Of a stretch of DNA of 10,049 nucleotides, positions 1 through 8,535 are shown one piece after another (the stretch's first letter is position 1; each line of letters begins with the position of its first letter). The position numbers and the translations under genes were made by a program. The notes beneath the pieces are model-generated. The model saw only the letters and a program-made list of their open reading frames with translations. It was not told the origin of the DNA and made no database searches. Source of the DNA: Candidatus Krumholzibacteriia bacterium (lineage in GTDB: Bacteria > Krumholzibacteriota > Krumholzibacteriia > WVZY01); NCBI GenBank assembly GCA_036478295.1, contig JAZGDW010000255.1, positions 1 to 10,049 on the forward strand, written 5' to 3'.

Positions 1-26
1 CTGGGGTTCTTCCCTTGGCGGTTCAC
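1..26 (-). CDS. Probable 5' end of the next gene (partial, MNRQGKNP...), product unknown; a second NarK-type transporter would fit the context
   Basis: On the minus strand, GGAGG (35-31) lies 4 nt before a GTG at 26-24, and the frame is open to the window edge. It starts 28 nt after the narK stop. Only 8 codons are visible. Confidence 0.35.
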
Positions 27-54
27 GAGTCCTCCAGGCGGTCGGTCAGAGCGA

Positions 55-1566
55 TCACGACGCGCGGGGAGTGGTTGGGTTGTCGGTGTCTTCGATGCGG
101 TCCGCGATGTCGGGTGCCCGCCGGTGCTCCATTCTCCGGATCACCAGGTGCATCCAGACCAGGCAAGCCAAGGATACGGCCACCAAGAACATCCAGGTCG
201 TGGTCCAGATCCCGGTGCCTCGGACGAAGTAGCCGAAGATGATCGGGGAGACGAAGCCTCCGAGGCCACCGATCACCCCGACGATCCCGCCGACGGTTCC
301 GACGTCGGCGGGGTAGTAGCTCGGTATGTGTTTGTAGACCGCGGCACTCCCGATGCCCATCAGGATGCCGACAAGAAAGAGCAGCCCGGTGAACACCCAG
401 ATGTTTGCCTGGAAGTAGATGTGGGTGATGCCGCGGGCGAGCAGCTGCCTCTTGGTGATCGGATCGCCCACCTTCACGACCGGCTCCTGGCCGAAGGCGG
501 TGGTGGGCCAGACTAGGGTGCCCTCCCGACGGGGCCCTTCGGGGGAAATCGGCTGGAGTACGTAGGTTTTGTCGCCCACCGTCACCGCTTCCCTCGAGAC
601 CGCCGTAACGGTTCCTGCCCGCAGCGCCATGACGCCCTCGCCCGGAGAGTAGATGTCCATGCGCGGCACGATGAGTGCGAGGCAGGCCAGCACCGTTCCG
701 CTGAGCACCCAGTACATCACGGTCCGGGCTCCGAAGCGGTCGGACATCCAGCCGCCGGCGGCGCGGATTACCCCCGCCGGCAGCGTGAAGATCGCTGACA
801 GGAGGCCGGCGACCACGACGCTGACGGTGTAGACGTTCACGTAGTAGGGGATCAGCCACTGGGCCAGCGCAACGAAGCCCCCGAAGACCAGGAAGTAGTA
901 GAGGCCGAAGCGCCAGACCCGGGCCTTCTTGAGCGGCTCCAGGCGCTGAACCAATGTGCGCGGCGTCGCCTCCTCGGGCTTCTTCGAGTGGGTGAAGAAC
1001 CAAAAAAGCACCGTCGTGGCGACCAGCAGGCCGGCGTAGATCCGAGGCAGCATTCGCCAGCCGTCCAGGTTTGCGCCACCGTCGGTGAGCACGCCCAGCA
1101 ACCAGGGGGCGCCCATGGCGGTAACCGCCGCACCGAGGTTGCCGGCGCCGAAGATGCCGAGGGCCGTCCCCTGACGCTCGCTCGAGAACCACATGGAGGA
1201 GTAGGCGATGCCGACGGCGAAGGAGCTGCCGGCCAGCCCGAAGCCGAGCCCCCCGAGCAGAAAGCCGCCGAAGCTGTCGGCGTAGCTGTCGAGGAACGCG
1301 GCGACCGCCGCGAGCAGCATGACGATCGCGAATACGGGCCGACCCCCGTAGCGATCGGTCAGCATCCCCGCCGGAAGACGGAATAGCGATCCGGTGAGCA
1401 CCGGGATTCCGATCAGCCATCCCATCTGGGCTTTCGTGAACGAGTAGACGCCGTTGTCGACCAGGAAGGTGATCAGGACGCCGTTCATCATCCAGACGGC
1501 GAAGCAGACCGTGAAGGCGAAGGTGTTCGCCGAGAGAACCTTGATCGCCTTGCCACGCTCGCTCAT
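55..1566 (-). CDS. narK: MFS nitrate/nitrite transporter, NarK1-like, 503 aa, with a large TM9-TM10 loop insert
   Basis: About 12 hydrophobic segments; nitrate-signature glycine motifs (GLAGSSFAVG, GTALGIFGAGNLG, GTVGGIVGVIGGLGGF); conserved Arg in TM2 (FRLPAG) and TM8 (IRAAGG); MFS motifs GMLTDRYGGR and GWMSDRFGAR. Start moved from 1656 to the ATG at 1566 (MSERGKA), which has GGAG 8 nt upstream. Confidence 0.95.
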   Translation of the reverse strand: MSERGKAIKVLSANTFAFTVCFAVWMMNGVLITFLVDNGVYSFTKAQMGWLIGIPVLTGSLFRLPAGMLTDRYGGRPVFAIVMLLAAVAAFLDSYADSFGGFLLGGLGFGLAGSSFAVGIAYSSMWFSSERQGTALGIFGAGNLGAAVTAMGAPWLLGVLTDGGANLDGWRMLPRIYAGLLVATTVLFWFFTHSKKPEEATPRTLVQRLEPLKKARVWRFGLYYFLVFGGFVALAQWLIPYYVNVYTVSVVVAGLLSAIFTLPAGVIRAAGGWMSDRFGARTVMYWVLSGTVLACLALIVPRMDIYSPGEGVMALRAGTVTAVSREAVTVGDKTYVLQPISPEGPRREGTLVWPTTAFGQEPVVKVGDPITKRQLLARGITHIYFQANIWVFTGLLFLVGILMGIGSAAVYKHIPSYYPADVGTVGGIVGVIGGLGGFVSPIIFGYFVRGTGIWTTTWMFLVAVSLACLVWMHLVIRRMEHRRAPDIADRIEDTDNPTTPRAS

Positions 1567-1594
1567 CGTCCGAACTCCAGTGAAACCATGACCT

Positions 1595-1678
1595 TCATCG
1601 AAAGCACGACCAGGTCTCCGACTCGCCTCCGATCTCGTGATCGGCGGCCGCGACATCAGCGGTCCTCAGGACCGCCAT
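1595..1678 (-). CDS. Possible 27-aa small ORF or leader peptide (MAVLRTADVAAADHEIGGESETWSCFR)
   Basis: ATG at 1678 with AGAGGA 6 nt upstream; TGA at 1597-1595, ending 28 nt before the narK start. No recognisable homology. Confidence 0.25.
   Translation of the reverse strand: MAVLRTADVAAADHEIGGESETWSCFR
1629..1644. repeat. Inverted repeat / hairpin CCGATC-tcgt-GATCGG
   Basis: Perfect 6-bp arms with a 4-nt loop, extendable by GCC/GGC across one mismatch. No U-tract follows. Confidence 0.5.
1659..1675. repeat. Inverted repeat / hairpin GCGGTCC-tca-GGACCGC
   Basis: Perfect 7-bp GC-rich arms with a 3-nt loop, starting immediately after the small-ORF ATG on the minus strand. Confidence 0.6.
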
Positions 1679-1774
1679 TGTCTTTCCTCTATCTGTCATC
1701 TCATGTGATTTTGCAGTTGCCTCTTTTTCCAATGGTCCCTTCTAGATTTTTCGTACTAGTTGGTCTGTATTGAG

Positions 1775-1788
1775 CAGATCTGGGTCAA
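1775..1788 (-). promoter_or_regulatory. Degenerate FNR/CRP-family site upstream of narK (TTGAC-CCAG-ATCTG)
   Basis: 7/10 match to TTGAT-N4-ATCAA, within a larger imperfect palindrome TTGAG-CAGATCTG-GGTCAA (1770-1788). A possible -10 element (AAAAAT, 1751-1746) lies at roughly class II spacing. Confidence 0.3.
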
Positions 1789-1875
1789 GAGAGTGATCGA
1801 ATGCAATGTCATGGCGCTGATTTGAGGTGCTACAGCGAGGATTTTGCCCCCAGTGTGACCAACTTTCGTTTGTGC

Positions 1876-2604
1876 TCATGTGTTCGTCGGTTCCGTGGGC
1901 GACCATTCGTTATCGGGATGGCGAACCCGCTTGCGGTCCCACGACCACACTACTTTTTGGTAGGGTCGCCAGATGTAGTGCAGTGGCACGACCAGCAGAT
2001 GCACCAGCCTCGAAAAAGGAATTAACATGAAAATAACGTACGCCCCGATAATGTGTAGCTTGACCAGAATCGGCAGACTTGCGACCGCCCTGATATCCGG
2101 TTGAAACACAGCGATGGAACGCAGGTAAGGTGTGAGCACGGCGGCAAACCACGAGGACCCCCACCGGTATCCCAGGGCAACCGAGAGGCCGATTACCACC
2201 TCGACGACCAGCAACACCGCCACGATGAGGTCCATGCGGCTAGTCACAGCCGTCAGGCGCGGCGTGTTGATCCTCCTTATCAGGAGGATCAGAAGGCCTG
2301 CGAGTACAATCAGGCCGAACATGAACGCACTCACCTCGAGGATAAGTAGCCTGACTGGATGGCTGTTGAAGGCCAGCATCGTCTTCGGCACGAGGAACGC
2401 GGCCAGATGCCCTGCAAACAAGACGAGGATTCCCCAGTGAAACGGCATCGTGCCCCAGAACAGCTGGCGCCCCTCGAGGAATTGTGACGAAAGAGACGAA
2501 TAGGAGAATTTCGTCGCCCGGTAGCGGTAAATGGTACCGACCAGGAAAATCACCAGGGCGGCATAAGGCAGCCCGATCAGCGCAAAATTATCCAGTGGGG
2601 CCAT
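1876..2604 (-). CDS. narI: Respiratory nitrate reductase gamma subunit (diheme cytochrome b, quinol oxidising), 242 aa
   Basis: Five TM segments; heme b ligands H56 (PFHWG), H66 (AGHL), H184 (KLHII), H202 (PFSRLVH); SSQFL motif; SD AAGGGA; overlaps the end of narJ by 17 nt. Confidence 0.96.
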   Translation of the reverse strand: MAPLDNFALIGLPYAALVIFLVGTIYRYRATKFSYSSLSSQFLEGRQLFWGTMPFHWGILVLFAGHLAAFLVPKTMLAFNSHPVRLLILEVSAFMFGLIVLAGLLILLIRRINTPRLTAVTSRMDLIVAVLLVVEVVIGLSVALGYRWGSSWFAAVLTPYLRSIAVFQPDIRAVASLPILVKLHIIGAYVIFMLIPFSRLVHLLVVPLHYIWRPYQKVVWSWDRKRVRHPDNEWSPTEPTNT

Positions 2605-3286
2605 GGGACTTCCCTTTGTTGCACTCCATTGTCATCTCGGTTCCAATTGAATTCAGGAAACGGCTATGCTGAGGCACGAACGGTGTCTCGCTCCCAGCGA
2701 GGTCAAAGTCCCGCTTCAACAGGACGTAAAGCGCCCGTAGTGTCTTTCGGTAGATGATGCCGTGGTGCTCCGACCTCTCTATCAACGTTTTGTGGTGCCT
2801 CTTGTAAACCGCGTTTTTCTTCTCTAGCCGCTCCGGATCGAATTCGCCGATTATTCTCCGGAGCGCGGGGGCAACGATCTTTTGCACCAACTCCTCGCGC
2901 AGCGCGTGGTCTTGCATCGCGTCGAGCAGCCGCAAAACGTTTGGCAGGTGATCGGGCAGTTCGCTGCCGCAATCCACACCGGCCTCGCGTTGTTCCTTGC
3001 TCAGATTTACCAGTACTTGCCCCCGTTTGTAATCGTCACCGAACATGACGTAGCCGAGATCGAGGGTAGTTATCGCCTGAACATCGAAAGAACGCGTGTA
3101 CAGTTCATGTAGCTCCACCAGCGACGCCTGCGCGGCAAACTCCGAGAATTCCCTCAACTCTTCGGCAGCGTCGGGGCAGGTTTCCTCCAGAAAAGCCTGG
3201 ACTCCTCCGACCCGTGCGGCGAATCCCGCATCCGGATACGAGAACAAATCGGCGATTATCGTGTAGTGAGCAAACGAAACTTCCAT
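2588..3286 (-). CDS. narJ: Nitrate reductase molybdenum cofactor assembly chaperone (delta subunit), 232 aa
   Basis: TorD/NarJ motifs LFSYPD, ELYTRSFD, FGDDYKRG and ELPDHLP; located between narH and narI. Start moved from 3322 to the ATG at 3286, which follows an AAGGGG SD. Confidence 0.92.
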   Translation of the reverse strand: MEVSFAHYTIIADLFSYPDAGFAARVGGVQAFLEETCPDAAEELREFSEFAAQASLVELHELYTRSFDVQAITTLDLGYVMFGDDYKRGQVLVNLSKEQREAGVDCGSELPDHLPNVLRLLDAMQDHALREELVQKIVAPALRRIIGEFDPERLEKKNAVYKRHHKTLIERSEHHGIIYRKTLRALYVLLKRDFDLAGSETPFVPQHSRFLNSIGTEMTMECNKGKSHGPTG

Positions 3287-3332
3287 GTTGCTTTCCCCTT
3301 TTTGTCTGCGTAGCGACCACAATAACGGCGGT

Positions 3333-4895
3333 CTACCAACCCCGTTCGGGCTTCTGTTTGAATCCGAAGCCGGTTGATCCCCGGGTGTCCCCGGCGAATT
3401 CCAGCATCTCGATCGCCTGCTCGCGGTGGGCGGCGGGGATTACGAACCGATCGTCGAATTTCGCAAGCGAGGTCAGGTAGTAGATGTCATCGGCCATATC
3501 TGGCGTCAGTCCAACCTCCTGCAGGGTTGCCTTCGCTCGATCTTCGGTTATGTCACCGACGGTCTCGCGGCGACGGTGAATCCGCACCGCCATTAGCTTC
3601 TTGAGGATGTGCTTTATTTTTTCTTCGTCGCCCGCGGTGAACAAGTTCGCCATGTAGCGCAGGGGAAATCTCGCCTGATCGATCGTCCCCCATAGCTCCT
3701 CGGTGCTGGTATCGTAGAGCCAGTCATCGTTCCAGGTCTTGGCGATGGGGTCGAGTTTGGCCCGCTGCTCGCTGTTTCTTGACTCGCTGAGCGACGCCAT
3801 TACCGGCAACAGCGGCGGGACGTAGAAAAGCATGGGAAGCGTCCGGAATTCGGGATGCAGCGGTACGGCCAATCCCCACTCCTTGACGAAGCGATAGACG
3901 GGCGAATCCTGTGCGGCCTTTATGGTCGAGTCCGACATGCCGTTCGCCTTTGCCGCCTCGATTATTTTGGAATCGGAGGGGTCGAGCAGGATGTTCAGCT
4001 GGCGGGCCACCGAATCGATGCTGGGATCGAGCTCGGCCGCCGCGTGCTGGATGTCGTCAGCGTCGTACAACATCACTCCGAGATAACGGATACGACCGAC
4101 ACACGAGTGCATGCACGCGGGAGCGATCCCCGCCTCCAGCCGCGGGTAGCACAGAATGCATTTCTCCGATTTGCCGGTGCCCCAGTTGATATAGGACTTT
4201 TTGTAGGGGCACGCCGTTACGCACATTCTCCAAGCCCGGCACACCTGCTGGTTGATGAGAACCACTCCGTCCTCTCCCCGCTTGTAGATGGCACCGGACG
4301 GGCAAGAAGCCACGCAGGCGGGGTTCAGGCAGTGATTGCAGATCCTGGGCAGATAGAAGAAGGCCATCCGCTCTAGCTGAAACATCGCTTCCTGCTCTGC
4401 CGCGGACAGATTATGCAGGTTGGGATCGTTGCGCGCGTAGTCGGGTGTGCCGCTCAAATCGTCGTCCCAGTTCGGCCCCATCTTGATGTCGATCGGCTTG
4501 CCCGAAATAAGCGATACGGGTCTCGCCGTGGGCTGGTCATCACCGGCGGGAGATTCGATCAAGTCAAGGTACTTGTAGGTAAACGGCTCGTAGTAGTCGT
4601 CGATAACCGGCAAATGGGGATTGTGGAAAATATTGAGCAGACCGCGTAGCTTTCCGGCCCCTCGCAGTGAAATGCCCGCATCGGCGCTTTTCTTCTCCCA
4701 GCCACCTTTGTAAATGTCCTGATCCTCCCATTTGGTGGGATAGCCGGTGCCGGGTTTTGTTTCGACATTGTTCCACCACATGTATTCCGCGCCTTTGCGG
4801 TCGGTCCAGATGTTCTTGCAGGCTATGGAACAGGTGTGGCAGCCAATGCACTTGTCCAGGTGAAATACCATCGAGATTTGAGCTCTGACATCCAT
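3333..4895 (-). CDS. narH: Respiratory nitrate reductase beta subunit (Fe-S), 520 aa
   Basis: N-terminus MDVRAQISMVFHLDKCIGCHTCSIACKN and WNNVETKPG; four Cys groups CIGCHTCSIAC, CNHCLNPACVASC, CRAWRMCVTAC (Trp replaces one Cys, as at the [3Fe-4S] site) and CILC-x11-CMHSC; VGRIRYLG and PLHPEFRTLPM. Confidence 0.98.
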   Translation of the reverse strand: MDVRAQISMVFHLDKCIGCHTCSIACKNIWTDRKGAEYMWWNNVETKPGTGYPTKWEDQDIYKGGWEKKSADAGISLRGAGKLRGLLNIFHNPHLPVIDDYYEPFTYKYLDLIESPAGDDQPTARPVSLISGKPIDIKMGPNWDDDLSGTPDYARNDPNLHNLSAAEQEAMFQLERMAFFYLPRICNHCLNPACVASCPSGAIYKRGEDGVVLINQQVCRAWRMCVTACPYKKSYINWGTGKSEKCILCYPRLEAGIAPACMHSCVGRIRYLGVMLYDADDIQHAAAELDPSIDSVARQLNILLDPSDSKIIEAAKANGMSDSTIKAAQDSPVYRFVKEWGLAVPLHPEFRTLPMLFYVPPLLPVMASLSESRNSEQRAKLDPIAKTWNDDWLYDTSTEELWGTIDQARFPLRYMANLFTAGDEEKIKHILKKLMAVRIHRRRETVGDITEDRAKATLQEVGLTPDMADDIYYLTSLAKFDDRFVIPAAHREQAIEMLEFAGDTRGSTGFGFKQKPERGW

Positions 4896-4912
4896 GAGTG
4901 TACCGTCCGCGG

Positions 4913-7900
4913 TTAAAAGATCACCTTGTTCATTTTCTTGACAACAACGTGCGTATCACGATTGGGAGCCGTCGGACCCCAGTAGTTGAAGTGATACGTA
5001 AATTGCCCGTACCCACCGGCGAGAAGGTTCGGCTTCAGATGGATACGGGTAAAGCTGTTATGGCCGCCGGCGCGCTTATTTCCCCGTACCTGTGACTTGG
5101 GGATACCGACGGTTCTCTCGGGCACGTGGTAGACTATGCACACGCCCTTGGGGATGCGGGAACTTACCACCGCCCGCGTACAGTAGACACCGTGGTCGTT
5201 GTAGACCTCCACCCAGTCGTTGTCCTTGATGCCCAACTCATCGGCGTCCTGCTCACTCAACCAACACGGCTCGCAGCCCCGGGACAGAGTGAGCATTCTC
5301 AGGTTCTCCATGTACGTCGAGTGAATGTGCCACTTGCCGTGCGGCGTCAGGCAGTTGAGCACCATCGCCGTCTCGCTCTTCAGGGTTTCCTTCAAGTCGC
5401 CGTACAACTCCGGCCTGGGGGACGGTTTGTAGGTCGGCAGGTTCTCTCCGAACGCGATGTACATCTCATGGTCCAGGTAGAAATGCTGCCGACCAGTGAG
5501 GGTCCTCCACGGCACGAGCCTTTCGACGTTGTAGGTGAAGGGCGCGTACGCCCTGCCGTCGTTCATGAGGCCCGACCACAGAGGGGACGTGTTGTACCTC
5601 CGCGGCTGCGCCTGCAGGTCCGCGTAGGTCATCTTGACGTCTTTGCTCCCCGCCGCGAGATCGGCCAGGGTGAGACCCGTCTTTTTCTCCGCAGTCTCGT
5701 ACGCCCGGACGTCCAGAACGCCGTTGGTCAGGGAGGAAAGGTACAAAACAGCGTTCGCCGCCCACACGTCTTCTTTGAGCGACGGGTAGGTCTTGCCGTT
5801 TTGTTTTTCCACGGGAAAATGGGCCGACTCGATCATCTCGTCGTAGACGTCCCCGCACGCGTAGTGGTTGCCGTGCGCGCCCATTCCCGTCACCTTGACC
5901 TTGTCGCCCAGGGCGATGAACTTGTTGTAGATCTGTGTATAATCCCGTTCGACCACCGCCAGGTTGTGCATGGTCTTGCCGGGAATCGCCTCGCACTCGC
6001 CGCGGTACCAATCCTTGACCGTGGGTTGCGTGATTTCGCCCGCTGAATCGTGCGCGAGCGGCGCCGTGACAATGTCTTTCTGCGGCTCTGCCAGGTGCTC
6101 CGCGGCAAGCTCGCTGGTCACCCGGGCGAGTTCCTTGAAAATATCCCAGTCGGTCTTGGATTCCCACACCGGTGCGATTGCGGCGGACAGCGGGTGGATA
6201 AAAGAGTGAAGGTCCGTGCTGTTGAGATCCGCCTTTTCGTACCACGAGGCGGCCGGCAAAACGATGTCGGAGTACAGCGCCGACGAATCCATACGAAAGT
6301 TCAAGTCCACTACCAGATCCATCTTACCGACGGGCGCGATGTCGTGCCATTTCACTTCCTTGGTTTTTTCATCGCTGTTGTCTTTGGCGATCGCATTGCA
6401 GTGAGTACCCAGGTAATGTTTCAACAGGTACTCGTGGCCCTTCATGCTGCCCATAATGGCGTTGCCACGCCAGATGTACCACACACGCGGAAAATTCTTT
6501 TCTCCATCGGGGTCGCCGACAGCGTAGCCAAGCTCTTTCGTTTTCAGTTTCTCGAGCACATACTTCTTGATGTCGTCGTCGCTGGTGGCGCCGCTCTCTA
6601 CCGCCTCCCGGCACAGCTCGAGCGTGTTCTGGTCGAATTGTGGGTAGTACGGCATCCAGCCCATTCGCACCGACTTGTAGATCAAGTCGGCGTGATGGCC
6701 TCGGGTCCACTCGTTATCGGGCGTCTTGTTATACTTGGAGAAATGACCGTCGTAGCGGTATTGGCAGGTGTTGAGATAGTGCCACAGCGGCGCCTGTTGA
6801 AGGCGGACCGCATCCTGCCAGTCCTTGCCAAAGGCAATCGTGCTCCACGAGTCCATCGGCGCCAGTTTTTCCTGGCCCACGTAGTGGTTGAGACCGCCGC
6901 CGTTTCTTCCGACACAACCGCACAGCATGAGCGCCATCATCCCGGCGCGGTATATCAGGTTGTTGTGATACCAGTGGTTGATGCCCGCACCGATAATAAT
7001 CATGCACTTGCCCTCAGTGGCAATCGCGGTGCCCGCCCATTCGCGAGCGAACTGGATCACGGTCTTGGCATCCACGCCGGTGAAAATTTCCTGCCAAGCC
7101 GGTGTATAGGCGGCGTCTTTGTCGCCGTAGTCTTTGGGGTAATCGCCCGGCAAACCGCGATCCACTCCGTATTGGGCCATGGTGAGGTCGTAGACCGTGG
7201 TCACCGGCACATCCTCGCCGTCCACCGTATTTACGAACCGGATCGGAACACCGCGCATACACAGGTTGTCCAGTCCGAATTCTGTGAACTCGACCTGCAG
7301 CGTCTCGTCGTGCTTTTCCAGAAAGCTCAGGACGGGTTCGTACGGCTTATCATCGACGCCATCCTCGGCCTTCATGTTCCACTTGCCCTGCACGTCGTCC
7401 CACCGGTGTCCCATGCTGCCCTTGGGCATCACGGGCTTTCCGGTCTTCTCATCGATGTTGAGGAATTTCCACTCGCCGTTCTCCACCTTCTTGTACTTCG
7501 AGATCCGGTTGGCCCGAAGCAGCCGGCCCGGTTTATAGTGGTCACCGCTCTTTTCCAGTTCGACCAGGTACGGGCTGTCCGTATAGCGCTTTACATAGTC
7601 GATGAAATAGGGGGTCTGCTTCTCGTGGTGAAACTCCTTGAGGACCACGTGGCTAACGGCCATCCAGAAAGCACCGTCGCTACCCGCGTGCAGCGGAACC
7701 CACTGATCGGCGTACTTGGCGACCTGGCTGAAATCAGGGGCAAACACCACGGCTTTGGTGCCGTTGTGCCGCGCCTCCGCGAAAAAATGCGTGTCGGGCG
7801 TGCGCGTCATATTGAGATTGGCGCCCATCACCGCGATGAACTTGGAGTTGAACCAGTCGGCGCTCTCGCAGACGTCGGTCTGCTCGCCCCAGACCTCGGG

Positions 7901-8533
7901 CGAGGCGTTCGGCAGATCGCAATACCAATCGTAGAAGCTCAGATTGACGCCGCCGAATAGTTGCAGGAACCGGCTGCCGGCGGCGTAGCTCAACATCGAC
8001 ATGGCGGGGATCGGCGAAAAGCCGATCACGCGGTCCGGGCCATACTTCTTGGCCGTGTAGATGTTGGCAACGGCCATTATCTCGAGGACCTCGTCCCAAT
8101 GAGCCCTGCGAAATCCTCCCTTGCCGCGTGCCTTCTGGTAGGCCCTGCGTTTGTCGGGGTTCGCCTGCAGGTTCGTCCACGCCTGCAGCGCGTCGCCCGT
8201 TTTTTCCTTCTCTGCCCGGTAGGCGTCGATCAGGGCGCCGCGGATCAGCGGGTACTTGATACGCAGGGGGCTGTAAAGATACCAGGAAAAAGAAATGCCG
8301 CGTTGGCACCCACGCGGTTCGTACGGCGGCAGTTTGCTCTCGAGAAGCGGGTAATCCAGCTGCTGCGTTTCCCACACGACGATGCCGTCTTTGACATGAA
8401 TCTCCCATGAGCATCCACCGGTGCAGTTGACGCCGTGCGTACTGCGCACGATACGGTCGTGCTGAAAGCGGTTCCGATAGAACTCTTCCCACTGTCGCGT
8501 TTGCGGGGAAATGATATCCTCTATCCAGCTCAT
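4913..8533 (-). CDS. narG: Respiratory nitrate reductase alpha subunit (Mo-bis-MGD), 1206 aa, cytoplasm-facing
   Basis: FS0 ligands H33-C37-C41-C76 ([11 protein letters not shown]...PRGC); Mo-ligand Asp206 in [38 protein letters not shown] and [12 protein letters not shown]; no twin-arginine signal. Start moved from 8635 to the ATG at 8533 (MSWIED), 2 nt after the narC stop. Confidence 0.98.
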   Translation of the reverse strand: MSWIEDIISPQTRQWEEFYRNRFQHDRIVRSTHGVNCTGGCSWEIHVKDGIVVWETQQLDYPLLESKLPPYEPRGCQRGISFSWYLYSPLRIKYPLIRGALIDAYRAEKEKTGDALQAWTNLQANPDKRRAYQKARGKGGFRRAHWDEVLEIMAVANIYTAKKYGPDRVIGFSPIPAMSMLSYAAGSRFLQLFGGVNLSFYDWYCDLPNASPEVWGEQTDVCESADWFNSKFIAVMGANLNMTRTPDTHFFAEARHNGTKAVVFAPDFSQVAKYADQWVPLHAGSDGAFWMAVSHVVLKEFHHEKQTPYFIDYVKRYTDSPYLVELEKSGDHYKPGRLLRANRISKYKKVENGEWKFLNIDEKTGKPVMPKGSMGHRWDDVQGKWNMKAEDGVDDKPYEPVLSFLEKHDETLQVEFTEFGLDNLCMRGVPIRFVNTVDGEDVPVTTVYDLTMAQYGVDRGLPGDYPKDYGDKDAAYTPAWQEIFTGVDAKTVIQFAREWAGTAIATEGKCMIIIGAGINHWYHNNLIYRAGMMALMLCGCVGRNGGGLNHYVGQEKLAPMDSWSTIAFGKDWQDAVRLQQAPLWHYLNTCQYRYDGHFSKYNKTPDNEWTRGHHADLIYKSVRMGWMPYYPQFDQNTLELCREAVESGATSDDDIKKYVLEKLKTKELGYAVGDPDGEKNFPRVWYIWRGNAIMGSMKGHEYLLKHYLGTHCNAIAKDNSDEKTKEVKWHDIAPVGKMDLVVDLNFRMDSSALYSDIVLPAASWYEKADLNSTDLHSFIHPLSAAIAPVWESKTDWDIFKELARVTSELAAEHLAEPQKDIVTAPLAHDSAGEITQPTVKDWYRGECEAIPGKTMHNLAVVERDYTQIYNKFIALGDKVKVTGMGAHGNHYACGDVYDEMIESAHFPVEKQNGKTYPSLKEDVWAANAVLYLSSLTNGVLDVRAYETAEKKTGLTLADLAAGSKDVKMTYADLQAQPRRYNTSPLWSGLMNDGRAYAPFTYNVERLVPWRTLTGRQHFYLDHEMYIAFGENLPTYKPSPRPELYGDLKETLKSETAMVLNCLTPHGKWHIHSTYMENLRMLTLSRGCEPCWLSEQDADELGIKDNDWVEVYNDHGVYCTRAVVSSRIPKGVCIVYHVPERTVGIPKSQVRGNKRAGGHNSFTRIHLKPNLLAGGYGQFTYHFNYWGPTAPNRDTHVVVKKMNKVIF

Positions 8534-8535
8534 AT

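Noticed and set aside
23..1420. 465-aa alternative-frame ORF inside narK
   Set aside because: Arg/Gly/Pro-rich translation typical of an off-frame read of GC-rich DNA; the narK frame is intact, so no frameshift is needed.
1836..1852. Possible terminator after narI (GGGGG-CAAAA-TCCTC on the minus strand)
   Set aside because: Weak stem with G-U pairs and no U-tract.
1588..2030. Small plus-strand ORFs 1588-1773, 1801-2025 and 1827-2030
   Set aside because: No convincing SD, no motifs, and antisense to the operon; two overlap narI.
5126..8410. Long plus-strand ORFs 5126-6046, 6050-7960 (636 aa) and 7961-8410
   Set aside because: All lie in one frame antisense to narG. This is the usual shadow of GC3-biased coding sequence, and they show no recognisable motifs.
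4913..8533. Alternative identity as periplasmic NxrA, PcrA, SerA or archaeal-type pNar
   Set aside because: There is no Tat signal, and narJ, narI and narK are present with FNR boxes, which fits cytoplasm-facing Nar. A cytoplasmic NXR cannot be formally excluded without a tree.
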